Shown here in pieces: positions 29,561 through 39,334 of a stretch of 64,000 nt of DNA (within the stretch, counting starts at the first letter, position 1; each line of letters opens with the position of its first letter). The stretch covers positions 128,001-192,000 of the forward strand of contig OZ242195.1 of assembly GCA_965205975.1 (NCBI GenBank), in the 5' to 3' direction. The position numbers and the translations under genes are program-made. This stretch comes from Candidatus Latescibacterota bacterium (lineage in GTDB: Bacteria; Latescibacterota; UBA2968). The notes under the pieces are model-generated. The model searched no databases. It was given only the letters and a program-made list of their open reading frames with translations, and was not told the origin of the DNA.

Positions 29561-30283
29561 ATGTCCGTATCTATACCAGATGGCCTCGTTGTCCTCACCT
29601 TTGATGACGGCGTCAAATCACAATATACCTTTGCCGCACCCATCTTGCGCGAATGCGGATTCAACGCCACTTTTTATATTACTGAGGGATTGAACTTTCT
29701 CACGGATAAGACGCGCTATCTCACCTGGGTAGAAGTGCGCGAATTACACGATCTGGGCTTTGAAATTGGGAATCACACGCGGCGACATAAAAGCGTTGCC
29801 AACCAATCACGAGAGGAACTTTTATCCGATATCCGCTATATTGATCGGCAATGCAGCCACTACGGTATCCCAATTCCCACTACATTTTGTTACCCCGGCT
29901 ACACCAATACATCTGAAGCTGTTGATGTACTCAAAGAGCGCGGTTTTACTTATGCCCGACGTGGCACTGTACCCGAATATCCTTATGACCGGGAAGGTGG
30001 CCGTGGCTCGGCCTATAGTCCCGAGCAACACGATCCGCTTCTCATTCCAACTACGGGCGCGTCGGGACCGCACTGGAATTTCGACGATTTCTTGTGGTCG
30101 CTTGAGCAGGCGCAAAACGGTTGTGCCACAGTCCTCACCTTTCACGGGGTACCCGATCTCGATCATCCATGGGTGCATACCGAACCCGCATTTTTTGAAC
30201 GCTGTATGCAGCATCTCACAGATAATGGACACAGAGTAATCGCCCTGCGCGATCTTACAAACTACATCGCTATGGAGTCCTGA
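29561..30283 (+). CDS. Polysaccharide deacetylase (CE4/NodB)
   Basis: LTFDDG, EIGNHT..H, FCYPG, LTFHG. Confidence 0.9.
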   Translation: MSVSIPDGLVVLTFDDGVKSQYTFAAPILRECGFNATFYITEGLNFLTDKTRYLTWVEVRELHDLGFEIGNHTRRHKSVANQSREELLSDIRYIDRQCSHYGIPIPTTFCYPGYTNTSEAVDVLKERGFTYARRGTVPEYPYDREGGRGSAYSPEQHDPLLIPTTGASGPHWNFDDFLWSLEQAQNGCATVLTFHGVPDLDHPWVHTEPAFFERCMQHLTDNGHRVIALRDLTNYIAMES

Positions 30284-30284
30284 T

Positions 30285-31085
30285 ATGGTTGATCCTCTTC
30301 CCCTTGTTGCCTACGATACGCTTGCAGAGCAAACCGAAGCTCTATACCGCGATGGCTATGCGTATCTGCCAGGTGTATTGACGCCCGATCAAGTGGCAAA
30401 ACTCCGCGATTACATGGATGCGCTTACACCGATTTCGGAAAGTTTTGACAAAAATGGTCGCCCTGAAGATGTCGGTTTTATCAATAGACACATCAACAAT
30501 GCGTTCAACCGGCACGCTCATTTTCTGCAATTTCTCGACCGTCCCGGTGTGATCGAGATTGCTGAAGCCATACACGGCGACGATTGCCACTGCATTGGTA
30601 TGACCGCATGGATGACCGGTCCCGGTCGTCCCGACCAGAATCTCCATACCGACTGGCTTCCCCTGAGTCTGCCCGCCGATATACTTGAGGATTCTCGGGT
30701 GCGCATCCCCATTTTTATTACTACGGCGCATTTCTATCTTGACGATATCAGCGAAGCGCTTGGTCCTACTAATTTTATCCCCGGCAGCCATCTTTCGGGC
30801 AGAAGCCCCAATGGCGATACAACGTGGAAAGGGCAGACTGAAAAATCCATTATGTGCAATGCAGGCGATGTGGTCATTTTTCGCAGTGAGGTCTGGCATC
30901 GCGGTACGGCCAATACGAGCGATAAAACGCGCTATTTGCTTCAAGTCCACTATGCGAAACGCATGATTACGCAAAAATATCCACCCTATCTCAACCGGTT
31001 TCAGTTCAATTCCAAAATTCTCGAGCAGGCGACGCCGCGCCAGCGCCGCCTGATGGGCGATCACAAAAGCAGCAATTACGATTGA
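30285..31085 (+). CDS. PhyH-family Fe/2OG dioxygenase
   Basis: LHTD (HxD), GPTNFIPGSH, AGDV, VWHRG, R in 'TRYLL'. Confidence 0.9.
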   Translation: MVDPLPLVAYDTLAEQTEALYRDGYAYLPGVLTPDQVAKLRDYMDALTPISESFDKNGRPEDVGFINRHINNAFNRHAHFLQFLDRPGVIEIAEAIHGDDCHCIGMTAWMTGPGRPDQNLHTDWLPLSLPADILEDSRVRIPIFITTAHFYLDDISEALGPTNFIPGSHLSGRSPNGDTTWKGQTEKSIMCNAGDVVIFRSEVWHRGTANTSDKTRYLLQVHYAKRMITQKYPPYLNRFQFNSKILEQATPRQRRLMGDHKSSNYD

Positions 31086-31095
31086 GGAGTACACT

Positions 31096-31530
31096 GTGAC
31101 TTTCTTGATAGGATATTATCTTTGGCTAAAAGTTGTACATCTCATCGCCATGATTGGTTGGATGGTCGGTATTTTGTATTTGCCGCGGCTGTTTGCCTAT
31201 CACGCCGATGCCTCTGCTGATACGGATGAGACATTTCAACAGATGGAATACAATCTTATGCGGCTTCTGCTTATGCCCTGTATGATTGTCGTTTTTATTA
31301 CGGGCATTCTCTTGATTTTTGCAACAGGGAGCCTGACGAGCGGGTGGCTTCACACCAAATTTTTACTTGTTCTCATGCTCGCGGGATTGCACGGTATGAT
31401 GTCGCGCCAGCGCAAGAATTTTCAACGCGGCGAAAATACCAGAAGCGCGGCGTACTTTCGCACATTTAGCCACGTTACAACGCTTATTGTGATTCTCGTT
31501 GTCGCGCTGGCTGTTCTGAAACCTTTTTAG
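31096..31530 (+). CDS. hemJ: Protoporphyrinogen oxidase HemJ / CopD family
   Basis: WLKVVHL..MIGWM.G.LYLPRLFAYH, GWLHTK, C-terminal VLKPF. Confidence 0.85.
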   Translation: MTFLIGYYLWLKVVHLIAMIGWMVGILYLPRLFAYHADASADTDETFQQMEYNLMRLLLMPCMIVVFITGILLIFATGSLTSGWLHTKFLLVLMLAGLHGMMSRQRKNFQRGENTRSAAYFRTFSHVTTLIVILVVALAVLKPF

Positions 31531-31542
31531 TGGGAGTGAAAC

Positions 31543-32292
31543 ATGGCAAACGACGAATTTGTAATTCCGCGACGATTGATCAATTCGGACCGGGAGGAAA
31601 CACCGAGGTCCTTGCTGGACCTGATTGAACAGGGGCCATTCGATTTGGACACGGCGGCGTGGTGGATGTCGCATGTGACGAATGGGGCTTCGTGGATCGT
31701 GGGGTCGGGTCCGGGTGGGATCGGGAAATCGACGACGATGCGTTCCTTTCTGAGCGTTGTACCCGGGGACCGGGTATTTGCGATCGCGATGCCAGGGGAG
31801 ATCCCACCGCTCGCGGATCAGAAACGCTGCACTATTGCGCTCGAGTTGAGCGATCATCGGCCGCCCGGCTACCTTTGGGACCAGGACCTGCGTGACTTCT
31901 TCGACCTATCGAAGGTGGGACACCAGCTTGTGGGGAATGTCCACGCGGATACTTTGGAAGAGACGCGTGAACAGATCGTCGGGGCGTGTAGCGTTCCCGA
32001 GGAACAGTTCCATCACATCAATATCATTGCATTCGTCTGGCTGGAAGGTTATGAACGCGGAAACAGCAGGCGGATCAGGGATCAGACGTCGCGGCGGTTT
32101 CTGACAAGCGTGCACTACACCGATGGTTCAGGTGCCCACGAGCAAGTCTATTCGGAAGGGTCAGGGCTCTCGCCCGACGCACCGAGGGATGTGGCGCACG
32201 AAGCAAAGTGCCGAACTTTTTTGGAGGAGGCATTGGGAGAAGCGTCGCGGGATATGGATGAATTGAGGGAGCGATATCTGGCCTGGCATTAG
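31543..32292 (+). CDS. Stand-alone short P-loop NTPase, type II/IV secretion ATPase-like core
   Basis: GSGPGGIGKSTT Walker A, ALELSDH, NVHADT His-box-like. Confidence 0.7.
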   Translation: MANDEFVIPRRLINSDREETPRSLLDLIEQGPFDLDTAAWWMSHVTNGASWIVGSGPGGIGKSTTMRSFLSVVPGDRVFAIAMPGEIPPLADQKRCTIALELSDHRPPGYLWDQDLRDFFDLSKVGHQLVGNVHADTLEETREQIVGACSVPEEQFHHINIIAFVWLEGYERGNSRRIRDQTSRRFLTSVHYTDGSGAHEQVYSEGSGLSPDAPRDVAHEAKCRTFLEEALGEASRDMDELRERYLAWH

Positions 32293-32343
32293 GAGCGGGT
32301 GGCTCATACCAAAATTCTACTCATGCTCGCGGGATTGCACGGT
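32293..32343 (+). repeat. Imperfect direct repeat of internal hemJ segment 31338-31395
   Basis: GAGCGGGTGGCT...ACCAAA.TT.TAC...TCATGCTCGCGGGATTGCACGGT occurs at both places. Confidence 0.9.
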
Positions 32344-32354
32344 CAAGCGTACAC

Positions 32355-32389
32355 AAAAAATCGCGACTTCTAAGAATGGAAGTCGCGAT
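32355..32389 (-). terminator. Intrinsic terminator of ssrA
   Basis: Minus strand ATCGCGACTTC-loop-GAAGTCGCGAT followed by a T run. Confidence 0.85.
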
Positions 32390-32398
32390 GCAAGTTAT

Positions 32399-32783
32399 TG
32401 GTGGAGGCGGCGGGAATCGAACCCGCGTCCGAAAGCAGTTTGATAACGGCATCTACGTGTGTAGTCTATTCACTTAGGATCTCGCATCTCGCGCCCCAAC
32501 AGACAGGGTCGCTGAGATGCCAGCCCGATGGTTGGGGCTGTGGCCCGCTCTCATCCGGAGGCCCTCGAGCGGAAACCCCCGCACCAGCCTGCTCTCGTCG
32601 GCGCTCTGCCCAGACCACGCAGGCAAGGTCTGAGAGAACGGACTGCGTAACGGTTAGTTAGGCAGCCATTGCGTACGTGTTATCGTCCGCAGTTGCGTTT
32701 TTTCCCAATTGTTTTACGAGGTGATTGGGCACCTCGACACGCAGCTATTATCTCCCCACCCCCGTCGAAGCCGTGTCGCCCCC
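32399..32783 (-). ncRNA. ssrA: tmRNA; tag peptide (A)ADDNTYAMAA
   Basis: 5' GGGGGCGACACGGCTTCGAC, 3' GACGCGGGTTCGATTCCCGCCGCCTCCACCA; tag ORF GCG GAC GAT AAC ACG TAC GCA ATG GCT GCC TAA at 32690-32658. Confidence 0.97.
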
Positions 32784-32795
32784 ATTACATTTAAA

Positions 32796-32824
32796 AATAT
32801 ATCTAAGTTAATCCTTCCAGTCAA
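32796..32824 (-). promoter_or_regulatory. sigma70-type promoter of ssrA
   Basis: TTGACT-N17-TATATT ending 12 bp upstream of the tmRNA 5' end. Confidence 0.75.
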
Positions 32825-32836
32825 GCTGTCCTCAGC

Positions 32837-33772
32837 CTAATTTTCTCTAAACCACTCTATTGTCTGTCGCAATCCCTGCTCTGGCGTCACTTTGGGTTCC
32901 CATCCCAGGAGTTTTTTGGCCAGGGTGATATCGGGTTGTCGCATTTGGGGATCGTCGCCGATTTGCGCGTTGGGCATCAGCGCGATTTCGCTTTTGCTTT
33001 CGGTTAGTTCAACGATCTTTTTTGCCAGATCCAACATCGATGTTTCACTCGATGGATTGCCGATATTTACGGGCGCGTGATAATCCGTGTGCATCAATCG
33101 ATAGATCCCTTCAATCAGGTCTGAGACATAACAAATACTGCGCGTTTGACTGCCATCGCCATATACTTTTAGTGGTTCACCTGCCAGTGCCCGATTGACA
33201 AAATTGGGAATGGCCCGTCCATCGTTTTTGCGCATGCGGGGACCATAGGTATTAAAAATCCGGACAATCCGCGTATCGACCCCGCTTTCGCGGTGATAGG
33301 CCATTGTCATGGCTTCGGCAAAGCGCTTGGCTTCGTCATAGACGCCACGCACGCCCAGTGTATTGACATTGCCCAAATACGATTCTGGCTGAGGATGTAC
33401 TAATGGATCGCCGTAAATTTCGGATGTTGAGGCCAAAAAAAACTTCGCCTTTTTTGCACGCGCCACACCGAGCGCGTTGTGCGTGCCATGTGCGCCTACT
33501 TTCAAGATGCGGATGGGATAGCGCGAAAAATCATCGGGGCTGGCCGGGCTGGCAAAATGCAATACATAATCCAATGGCCCCTTCACATAGATGTATTGCG
33601 TCACATCGTGTTTGATAAATGTAAAACCATCTCGTCCAAACAGGTGTGCGATATTTTTTGCACGTCCAGTCAATAGATTATCCATGACAATTAGTTCGTG
33701 CCCTTCACCCAGCAAACGGTCACACAAATGCGACCCCAAAAACCCCGCGCCACCTGTTAGTAAAATACGCAT
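32837..33772 (-). CDS. UDP-glucuronate decarboxylase (UDP-xylose synthase-like SDR)
   Basis: [50 protein letters not shown]. Confidence 0.93.
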   Translation of the reverse strand: MRILLTGGAGFLGSHLCDRLLGEGHELIVMDNLLTGRAKNIAHLFGRDGFTFIKHDVTQYIYVKGPLDYVLHFASPASPDDFSRYPIRILKVGAHGTHNALGVARAKKAKFFLASTSEIYGDPLVHPQPESYLGNVNTLGVRGVYDEAKRFAEAMTMAYHRESGVDTRIVRIFNTYGPRMRKNDGRAIPNFVNRALAGEPLKVYGDGSQTRSICYVSDLIEGIYRLMHTDYHAPVNIGNPSSETSMLDLAKKIVELTESKSEIALMPNAQIGDDPQMRQPDITLAKKLLGWEPKVTPEQGLRQTIEWFREN

Positions 33773-33782
33773 ATAGTTCCTG

Positions 33783-35129
33783 TTATAATTTAAAGACGTG
33801 ATCTTTCTTTCCAGATACAGCCTGCGTGGCATTGCGCGTATCGACAATACAGCGCGCGTGCCTTACAATCCATTCATAATCCCAATCGCTGTGATGTGTC
33901 ACGATCACCACACAATGGGCATCAGTTATATTTTTTTTGTTTAAAGAGATACTTTTCAAGTCCAAACTTTCTGTCTGCAAGTGATCTACAAACGGATCGC
34001 AATACGAGACCTTCGCGCCTTTCTCCTGAAGCATTTCTATAATATCCAATGCCGGTGACTCGCGAATATCGCGTACATCGGGTTTGTATGTCACGCCCAA
34101 TATCAGGATGTTCGAGCCTTTCAAACACCGCTCGTGTTCGTTGAGGGCGTCGGTGATTTTTTCGACCACATAGCCCGGCATGCTGCGCGTCACTTCGCTG
34201 GCCAATTCGATAAAGCGCGCATTGTAATTCAAGGTCTTGAGCTTCCAGGCCAGAAAGTGAGGATCAACCGGGATGCAATGCCCGCCCAATCCAGGACCGG
34301 GATAAAACGGCATAAATCCAAACGGCTTGGTCGCTGCGGCATCGATTACTTCCCAAACATCCACACCGAGGCGATCACACATCAGTGCCACTTCATTGAC
34401 AAGGCCGATATTTACACTGCGAAATGTATTTTCCAGCAACTTGGTCATTTCTGCGGCCTGGGTCGATGAGACCGGTACGACTTCGCCGATTGATTGTCGG
34501 TAAAAATGTGTGCCTATTTCTGTGCAAGAAGGGGTAATACCACCCACGACTTTGGGCGTGTTGGTGATGGTATAAACCCTGTTGCCTGGATCGACGCGCT
34601 CTGGAGAAAATACCAGAAAAAAATCTCGACCGACCTTCAAGCCACTTTCTTCGAGCAGGGGCAATACCAGTTCATGGGTCGTGCCTGGATACGTCGTGCT
34701 TTCCAGAATTACCAGTTGTCCACAGCGCAGATGGTCTTTGATTGCACCACATGCCTGCAAAATAAACGAGACATCCGGGTCGCGTGTTTTATTTAAGGGT
34801 GTGGGCACGCATACCACAACCACATCGGCCTCATCGAGCACATCGCATTCTCGAGTTGCCGTCAATTTCCCCACAGCTTTGAGACCCGCTACTTCAAATT
34901 CCGATACACCCTGCACGTCGGACTTTCCCGATTCTACTATCTTTACTTTGCGTGCCGATATATCGATTCCCGTGACACAAAATCCCACCTTGCCCAATTC
35001 CACGGATAGGGTCAATCCCACATACCCCAATCCCATCACCGCTATCCGCGCTTCGTGCGATGCGATCTTTTCTTCCAGTATCTGTCTGGGGTTGGCGATT
35101 TCTCGAGATAATCTTTCTGGTATAGCCAT
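33783..35129 (-). CDS. Nucleotide-sugar 6-dehydrogenase (UDP-GlcNAc dehydrogenase WbpA-like)
   Basis: [51 protein letters not shown]. Confidence 0.93.
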   Translation of the reverse strand: MAIPERLSREIANPRQILEEKIASHEARIAVMGLGYVGLTLSVELGKVGFCVTGIDISARKVKIVESGKSDVQGVSEFEVAGLKAVGKLTATRECDVLDEADVVVVCVPTPLNKTRDPDVSFILQACGAIKDHLRCGQLVILESTTYPGTTHELVLPLLEESGLKVGRDFFLVFSPERVDPGNRVYTITNTPKVVGGITPSCTEIGTHFYRQSIGEVVPVSSTQAAEMTKLLENTFRSVNIGLVNEVALMCDRLGVDVWEVIDAAATKPFGFMPFYPGPGLGGHCIPVDPHFLAWKLKTLNYNARFIELASEVTRSMPGYVVEKITDALNEHERCLKGSNILILGVTYKPDVRDIRESPALDIIEMLQEKGAKVSYCDPFVDHLQTESLDLKSISLNKKNITDAHCVVIVTHHSDWDYEWIVRHARCIVDTRNATQAVSGKKDHVFKL

Positions 35130-36058
35130 TATGTTATCCGCTCTGGTCCAATCATTTGAAGCAATACGGCCTTTTGAACGTGCATGCGATTCTCTGCTTG
35201 ATCCACAGCAATGCATCGCTCGCTTGCCATGACTTCATCTGTCACTTCGTATCCCTTATGTGCTGGCAAGCAGTGCATCACATAAGCGTCGGTCTTTTTG
35301 AGCAAATCGCCATTGATCTGATATGGCATGAATACTTTGGTGCGTCGCTTTTTTTCTTCTGCAAATTCTGGATTGTTAAAAAATTCCATATCAATCCACG
35401 TATCGGTATAAAGAAAATCTGCATCGGCAATAGCGGCTTCCAGATCCAGCGTTTCTTCAAATAACCCGGTTGCACGCGCTGCTTTGACCAGTTCGGGGTC
35501 TGCCGATGGTTTGTTGATCTCTGGCGTCACAGCCGTTATGCGTACGCCGGCTTTTGTACACGCTGTTACCAGCGAATTACACACATTGTTCCAGATGCCC
35601 ACATAAACCACATGCGTTCCCGCCAACTTGCCTCGCACTTCCAGGATTGATAGCAGATCGCCCAGGGCTTGACAGGGGTGATAACGGTCACAACATCCGT
35701 TGATTACAGGGACTTCGGAGCCAAGGGTCAGCCGCAGCAGATCTTCGTGTTTGAGCATGCGCGCCATAATCACATCTGCATATCGCGATAGGACCTGTGC
35801 TTCATCGCGCACATCGGCCAATCCAAAATTGGTGGTCATCCAGTCCAAAAACACGGCCTGCCCCCCCAATTGGTGCATGCCTACTTCAAAAGCTACGCGG
35901 GTGCGCGTTGATGTTTTCTGAAATAACATCGCCATAGTTTGTCCCGTTAGCAAACCTTCATAGCGCTCGGGATTCTTTTTGATCACCAGACCCATTTCTA
36001 CCGCACGCAAAATATCATCTGGCGACCACGTCTTCAGTGTCAAAAGATCCATATCCAT
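35129..36058 (-). CDS. argF: Ornithine carbamoyltransferase-like transcarbamylase
   Basis: KTSTRTR, HPCQ, MHCLP, QAENR. Confidence 0.85.
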   Translation of the reverse strand: MDMDLLTLKTWSPDDILRAVEMGLVIKKNPERYEGLLTGQTMAMLFQKTSTRTRVAFEVGMHQLGGQAVFLDWMTTNFGLADVRDEAQVLSRYADVIMARMLKHEDLLRLTLGSEVPVINGCCDRYHPCQALGDLLSILEVRGKLAGTHVVYVGIWNNVCNSLVTACTKAGVRITAVTPEINKPSADPELVKAARATGLFEETLDLEAAIADADFLYTDTWIDMEFFNNPEFAEEKKRRTKVFMPYQINGDLLKKTDAYVMHCLPAHKGYEVTDEVMASERCIAVDQAENRMHVQKAVLLQMIGPERIT

Positions 36059-36140
36059 TTCCTTTCTATTGAACCGCTGCTACAGCCTGCTCCTGCCGGA
36101 ATCGTGCAGGGGTTTGCCAGGCCTGGGGAGTTTCACCGAT

Positions 36141-37100
36141 TCACAATTGTTCGCGCACAAGAGATAGCAAACGCGCTTGCACTTGACCGACAGAGCCTTT
36201 AATTTCGCATCCCGATGCGCGGATATGGCCGCCACCATCAAATTGACGGGCAATGCGATTGACATCCACTTTTCCCCGCGACCGCAAGCTCACGCGCTGT
36301 TGTCCCGGCTCTTGTTCTTTAAAAAATAGTGCGACTTCAACTCCGTCAATCGACATCGCGTGATCGACCACCCCGTCCAAATCGCCGTTCATCGCATGTG
36401 TTTTGTGATCAACGTACAATGTGCTGATCTGTCCGTTTTCGTGTAACATTAGATTCGACAGCGCGAACCCCAGGGTTTTCACTGTTTGATATGTCTGGTG
36501 CGAAAACATGTTCTCCGCAATTTGCTGCGGGTCAGCACCGTGCCCAACGAGTTCTGCGGCGGCGCGGAGTGCGCGTTCTGGATGCGAATGCTTAAATAGC
36601 TTTGTGTCAAATACAATTCCAGCATATAAACACGTCGCGATTTCGGGTGTAAATCTCGAATTACTACCATACCAGTTTATGAGCGAATAGATCAACTCAC
36701 TGGCAGAGCTGGCATCTGTATCGATCACCCGTACATCGCTCACTTCATCTGCATCCACATGGTGATCGATAACCAGCGTTTTGGTTGCAGGCCCAATCAG
36801 CCTCGCGACATCGCCAATACGTTTTTCCGATGTTGTCGTATCCACCACCACGAGGCGCAGCACAGGGGTTGCCAGTCCAGAGTTGTACACCGACTCAATG
36901 CGATCATAGCCCGGTAAAAACCGATATTTGCGATCCGGTACCTCGTCCGCCACTACAATGCGGTGCTTTTGGTCCTGCCTCGTTAACCAATGGCTCAATC
37001 CCAACAGAGCACCGAGGCCATCGCCATCGGCATTCACATGCGTTGTTAGCACGAGTTCATCGCCGGATAATAAAAAATTCAGAGCCGCCTGAAAGTTCAT
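36141..37100 (-). CDS. nrnA: DHH/DHHA1 phosphoesterase (nanoRNase/pAp phosphatase)
   Basis: HVNADGDG, IDHH, GIVFDT, SLRS, GGGHIRASG. Confidence 0.88.
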   Translation of the reverse strand: MNFQAALNFLLSGDELVLTTHVNADGDGLGALLGLSHWLTRQDQKHRIVVADEVPDRKYRFLPGYDRIESVYNSGLATPVLRLVVVDTTTSEKRIGDVARLIGPATKTLVIDHHVDADEVSDVRVIDTDASSASELIYSLINWYGSNSRFTPEIATCLYAGIVFDTKLFKHSHPERALRAAAELVGHGADPQQIAENMFSHQTYQTVKTLGFALSNLMLHENGQISTLYVDHKTHAMNGDLDGVVDHAMSIDGVEVALFFKEQEPGQQRVSLRSRGKVDVNRIARQFDGGGHIRASGCEIKGSVGQVQARLLSLVREQL

Positions 37101-37145
37101 TGTTATATCCAAATGTACATATCAATGCAAGAGGATAGCTATTCT

Positions 37146-37736
37146 TCAATGTTTGAAAATCTGCTCGTACTGGCGTTTGCGTTGCAGCAAAATTTGCTGT
37201 CGCCGCTTCTGCGAACGGAGTATGGTGAACAGAATATTTACCCGTTTGCGCGCCGCTCGCAATACCTGAACATCCCGCTGGTCCTGATCCTTTAATCGGG
37301 ACAAATACAGCAGGCACTGGGCCGCATCTCGTAGCGACTTCGCCGAAAACAGTACTGATAGTATTCCCTGTCGTCCTATTTTGTATATTTCACGCACACG
37401 TTGTGCTATATTCTGTTCGCGATTTTTAAGTTGTGACTGAGCCTGTCGAAGCTGTTGCTCAGTACGGTCGATTTCATTATTCAGACTATTGACTTCTTCA
37501 GCCAGATTCAAAGATGTGTCCCGCGCCTTCTCACCCTCGCTTTCTGGTTGATTCTGTACCGATGCTTCAGATGAGGACCGGGAGTTTAAGTCACGCGCTT
37601 TTAAGCTGTCCATCGCAGCTTGCTCAGCTTTCAGACGCGCTTCCAGCGCTGTTATAGTCTGCGCGCTTCCATTGGGAGATAATGCGAGTAGAAAAGTTAT
37701 TATACACAATATATATTTTTGCACGCCATACCTCAA
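37146..37736 (-). CDS. EnvC/PcsB-like exported coiled-coil protein lacking the C-terminal M23 domain
   Basis: Signal peptide, heptad coiled coil, 'RVREIYKIGR...VLFSAKS' motif; directly downstream of ftsX. Confidence 0.7.
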   Translation of the reverse strand: MRYGVQKYILCIITFLLALSPNGSAQTITALEARLKAEQAAMDSLKARDLNSRSSSEASVQNQPESEGEKARDTSLNLAEEVNSLNNEIDRTEQQLRQAQSQLKNREQNIAQRVREIYKIGRQGILSVLFSAKSLRDAAQCLLYLSRLKDQDQRDVQVLRAARKRVNILFTILRSQKRRQQILLQRKRQYEQIFKH

Positions 37737-37751
37737 TGGACAGGCACTGCC

Positions 37752-38630
37752 CTACGCGATTTCTCTTAACAGGCGGTTCAGAGATGCCCAACTACCTATC
37801 GCGCCGAGCACGGTGCCCAATACCACCAGACCGAATGCCAGTTCAATCGTTGGTGTGACCGTCAAGTCCGGTACGCGAACAGCCCACGAGGGTGATATAT
37901 AAGCCATCATCAGAGGTGCCAAAAATCCACCGACAAAGCCCAATAGTGCCCCCCCAACTCCAAAGATCATCCACACAGTCGTATTTGTCGCGCCGACCAA
38001 CCGCATAATCTCAAGGGCATCGCGCTGCGCCAGCACCATCAACTTGGTTGCATGGCTCACTGCAAATACACACGCAAAACACAGCATACACCCAAGTGCG
38101 AGCCCAATTCCGGTGGTTACTTCAATAAAATGCTCTAAAGAATCCACCCAAACTTCACCTACGTTTACACCTTCTACAGCACTATGGCTGGCTACATATC
38201 TTGCAACGGCTCGAGCGCGGCGCGGCATATTCTCGCCGGGAGAAATGCGTACTCTAAGCGAAGCGGGCAATGGGTTGCTCGAAAGCGCATCGACCGTACC
38301 CAAACCAAATAGTGACCGAAATTCTTTGGCAGCCGCTTCCTGATCCATATACACAATCCCGCCTACCTCGGGTCTCGCTTCTAACCTGCGCCGCAACGCG
38401 AGTATTCGCTGAGATGAAACGCCATCTTTCAGGTAAATGTCTATCTCCACCCGCGTGCGCAATCGGTTAGCCAGAGCGTTTCCACTCTCGATCACCTGCC
38501 AAAAGAATCCCAATACCAGCAGTGAGGCTCCAATGGTCACCACTGAAATCACACCTGCGATTCCCGTGCGCCTGATCCCTTGCAATGCCTCGCGCAATAC
38601 TAGATTCATTTCACTTTTCCATTTGTTCAA
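37752..38630 (-). CDS. ftsX: Cell division permease FtsX
   Basis: 4-TM layout, IDIYLKD, NPLPAS, EIMRLVGAT. Confidence 0.9.
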   Translation of the reverse strand: MNKWKSEMNLVLREALQGIRRTGIAGVISVVTIGASLLVLGFFWQVIESGNALANRLRTRVEIDIYLKDGVSSQRILALRRRLEARPEVGGIVYMDQEAAAKEFRSLFGLGTVDALSSNPLPASLRVRISPGENMPRRARAVARYVASHSAVEGVNVGEVWVDSLEHFIEVTTGIGLALGCMLCFACVFAVSHATKLMVLAQRDALEIMRLVGATNTTVWMIFGVGGALLGFVGGFLAPLMMAYISPSWAVRVPDLTVTPTIELAFGLVVLGTVLGAIGSWASLNRLLREIA

Positions 38631-39292
38631 TTTGCAATCTGTTCAATGACCTCATTTTCCAATTGCAATATTCGCCGCGAATATCGGTCTTCTATCGCTG
38701 TATTATGTGTCGCTATGATCACAGCTATTCCGCGTACATTCATTTTTTGAAAAATAGCCATCACCTGTTCTGTCGCTTCGGAATCCAAATTGGCGGTTGG
38801 TTCATCTGCCAACAAGATAAGGGGATCATTCACCAGTGCCCGCGCTATTGCTACCCGCAGCCGTTCATAAGCCGACAACTCATCTGGATACGCATTGCGT
38901 TTGTAAAGCAAATCCACATCTGATAATATCGCCTGAGTTTTGCGCTTGATCCTGCGCCGCGAAACGCCTTTTACTTCAAGCGCTAAGGCCACATTTTCAG
39001 ATACGGTGCGATGGTGCAATAATTTGAAGTCTTGAAATACTACGCCTACTTGCCTTCGCAACTGCGGGATATCTATTTTTCGAATTTGCTGCGAGTCGTA
39101 TTTTCCCACAGATACCACGCCCGAACTGGGTAATTCCTCAAATATAATCAGCCCGAATAGCGCGCGTTTTTCCGCCTCTGTGTGTCCAGTCAGATAGACG
39201 AATTCGCCCTGATTGATCTCTAAGTTGGCATTGATCAATATCGGCTGACCTCGCTGCTCGACCCGCACGTTTTGTAATTTAATCACTGGCAT
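38627..39292 (-). CDS. ftsE: FtsE-like ABC ATPase with degenerate Walker A/signature
   Basis: IPQLRRQVGVVFQDFKLL, TVSENVA, RVAIARALVNDP, LADEPT, ATHN; coupled to ftsX. Confidence 0.85.
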   Translation of the reverse strand: MPVIKLQNVRVEQRGQPILINANLEINQGEFVYLTGHTEAEKRALFGLIIFEELPSSGVVSVGKYDSQQIRKIDIPQLRRQVGVVFQDFKLLHHRTVSENVALALEVKGVSRRRIKRKTQAILSDVDLLYKRNAYPDELSAYERLRVAIARALVNDPLILLADEPTANLDSEATEQVMAIFQKMNVRGIAVIIATHNTAIEDRYSRRILQLENEVIEQIAN

Positions 39293-39334
39293 GATGTACA
39301 ACTGCATCAGCAGTTCCAATATCCATTTCTTAAA

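Noticed and set aside
32398..32661. 87-aa ORF MVEAAGIEPAS...
   Set aside because: Antisense shadow of the tmRNA 3' end, a well-known spurious ORF
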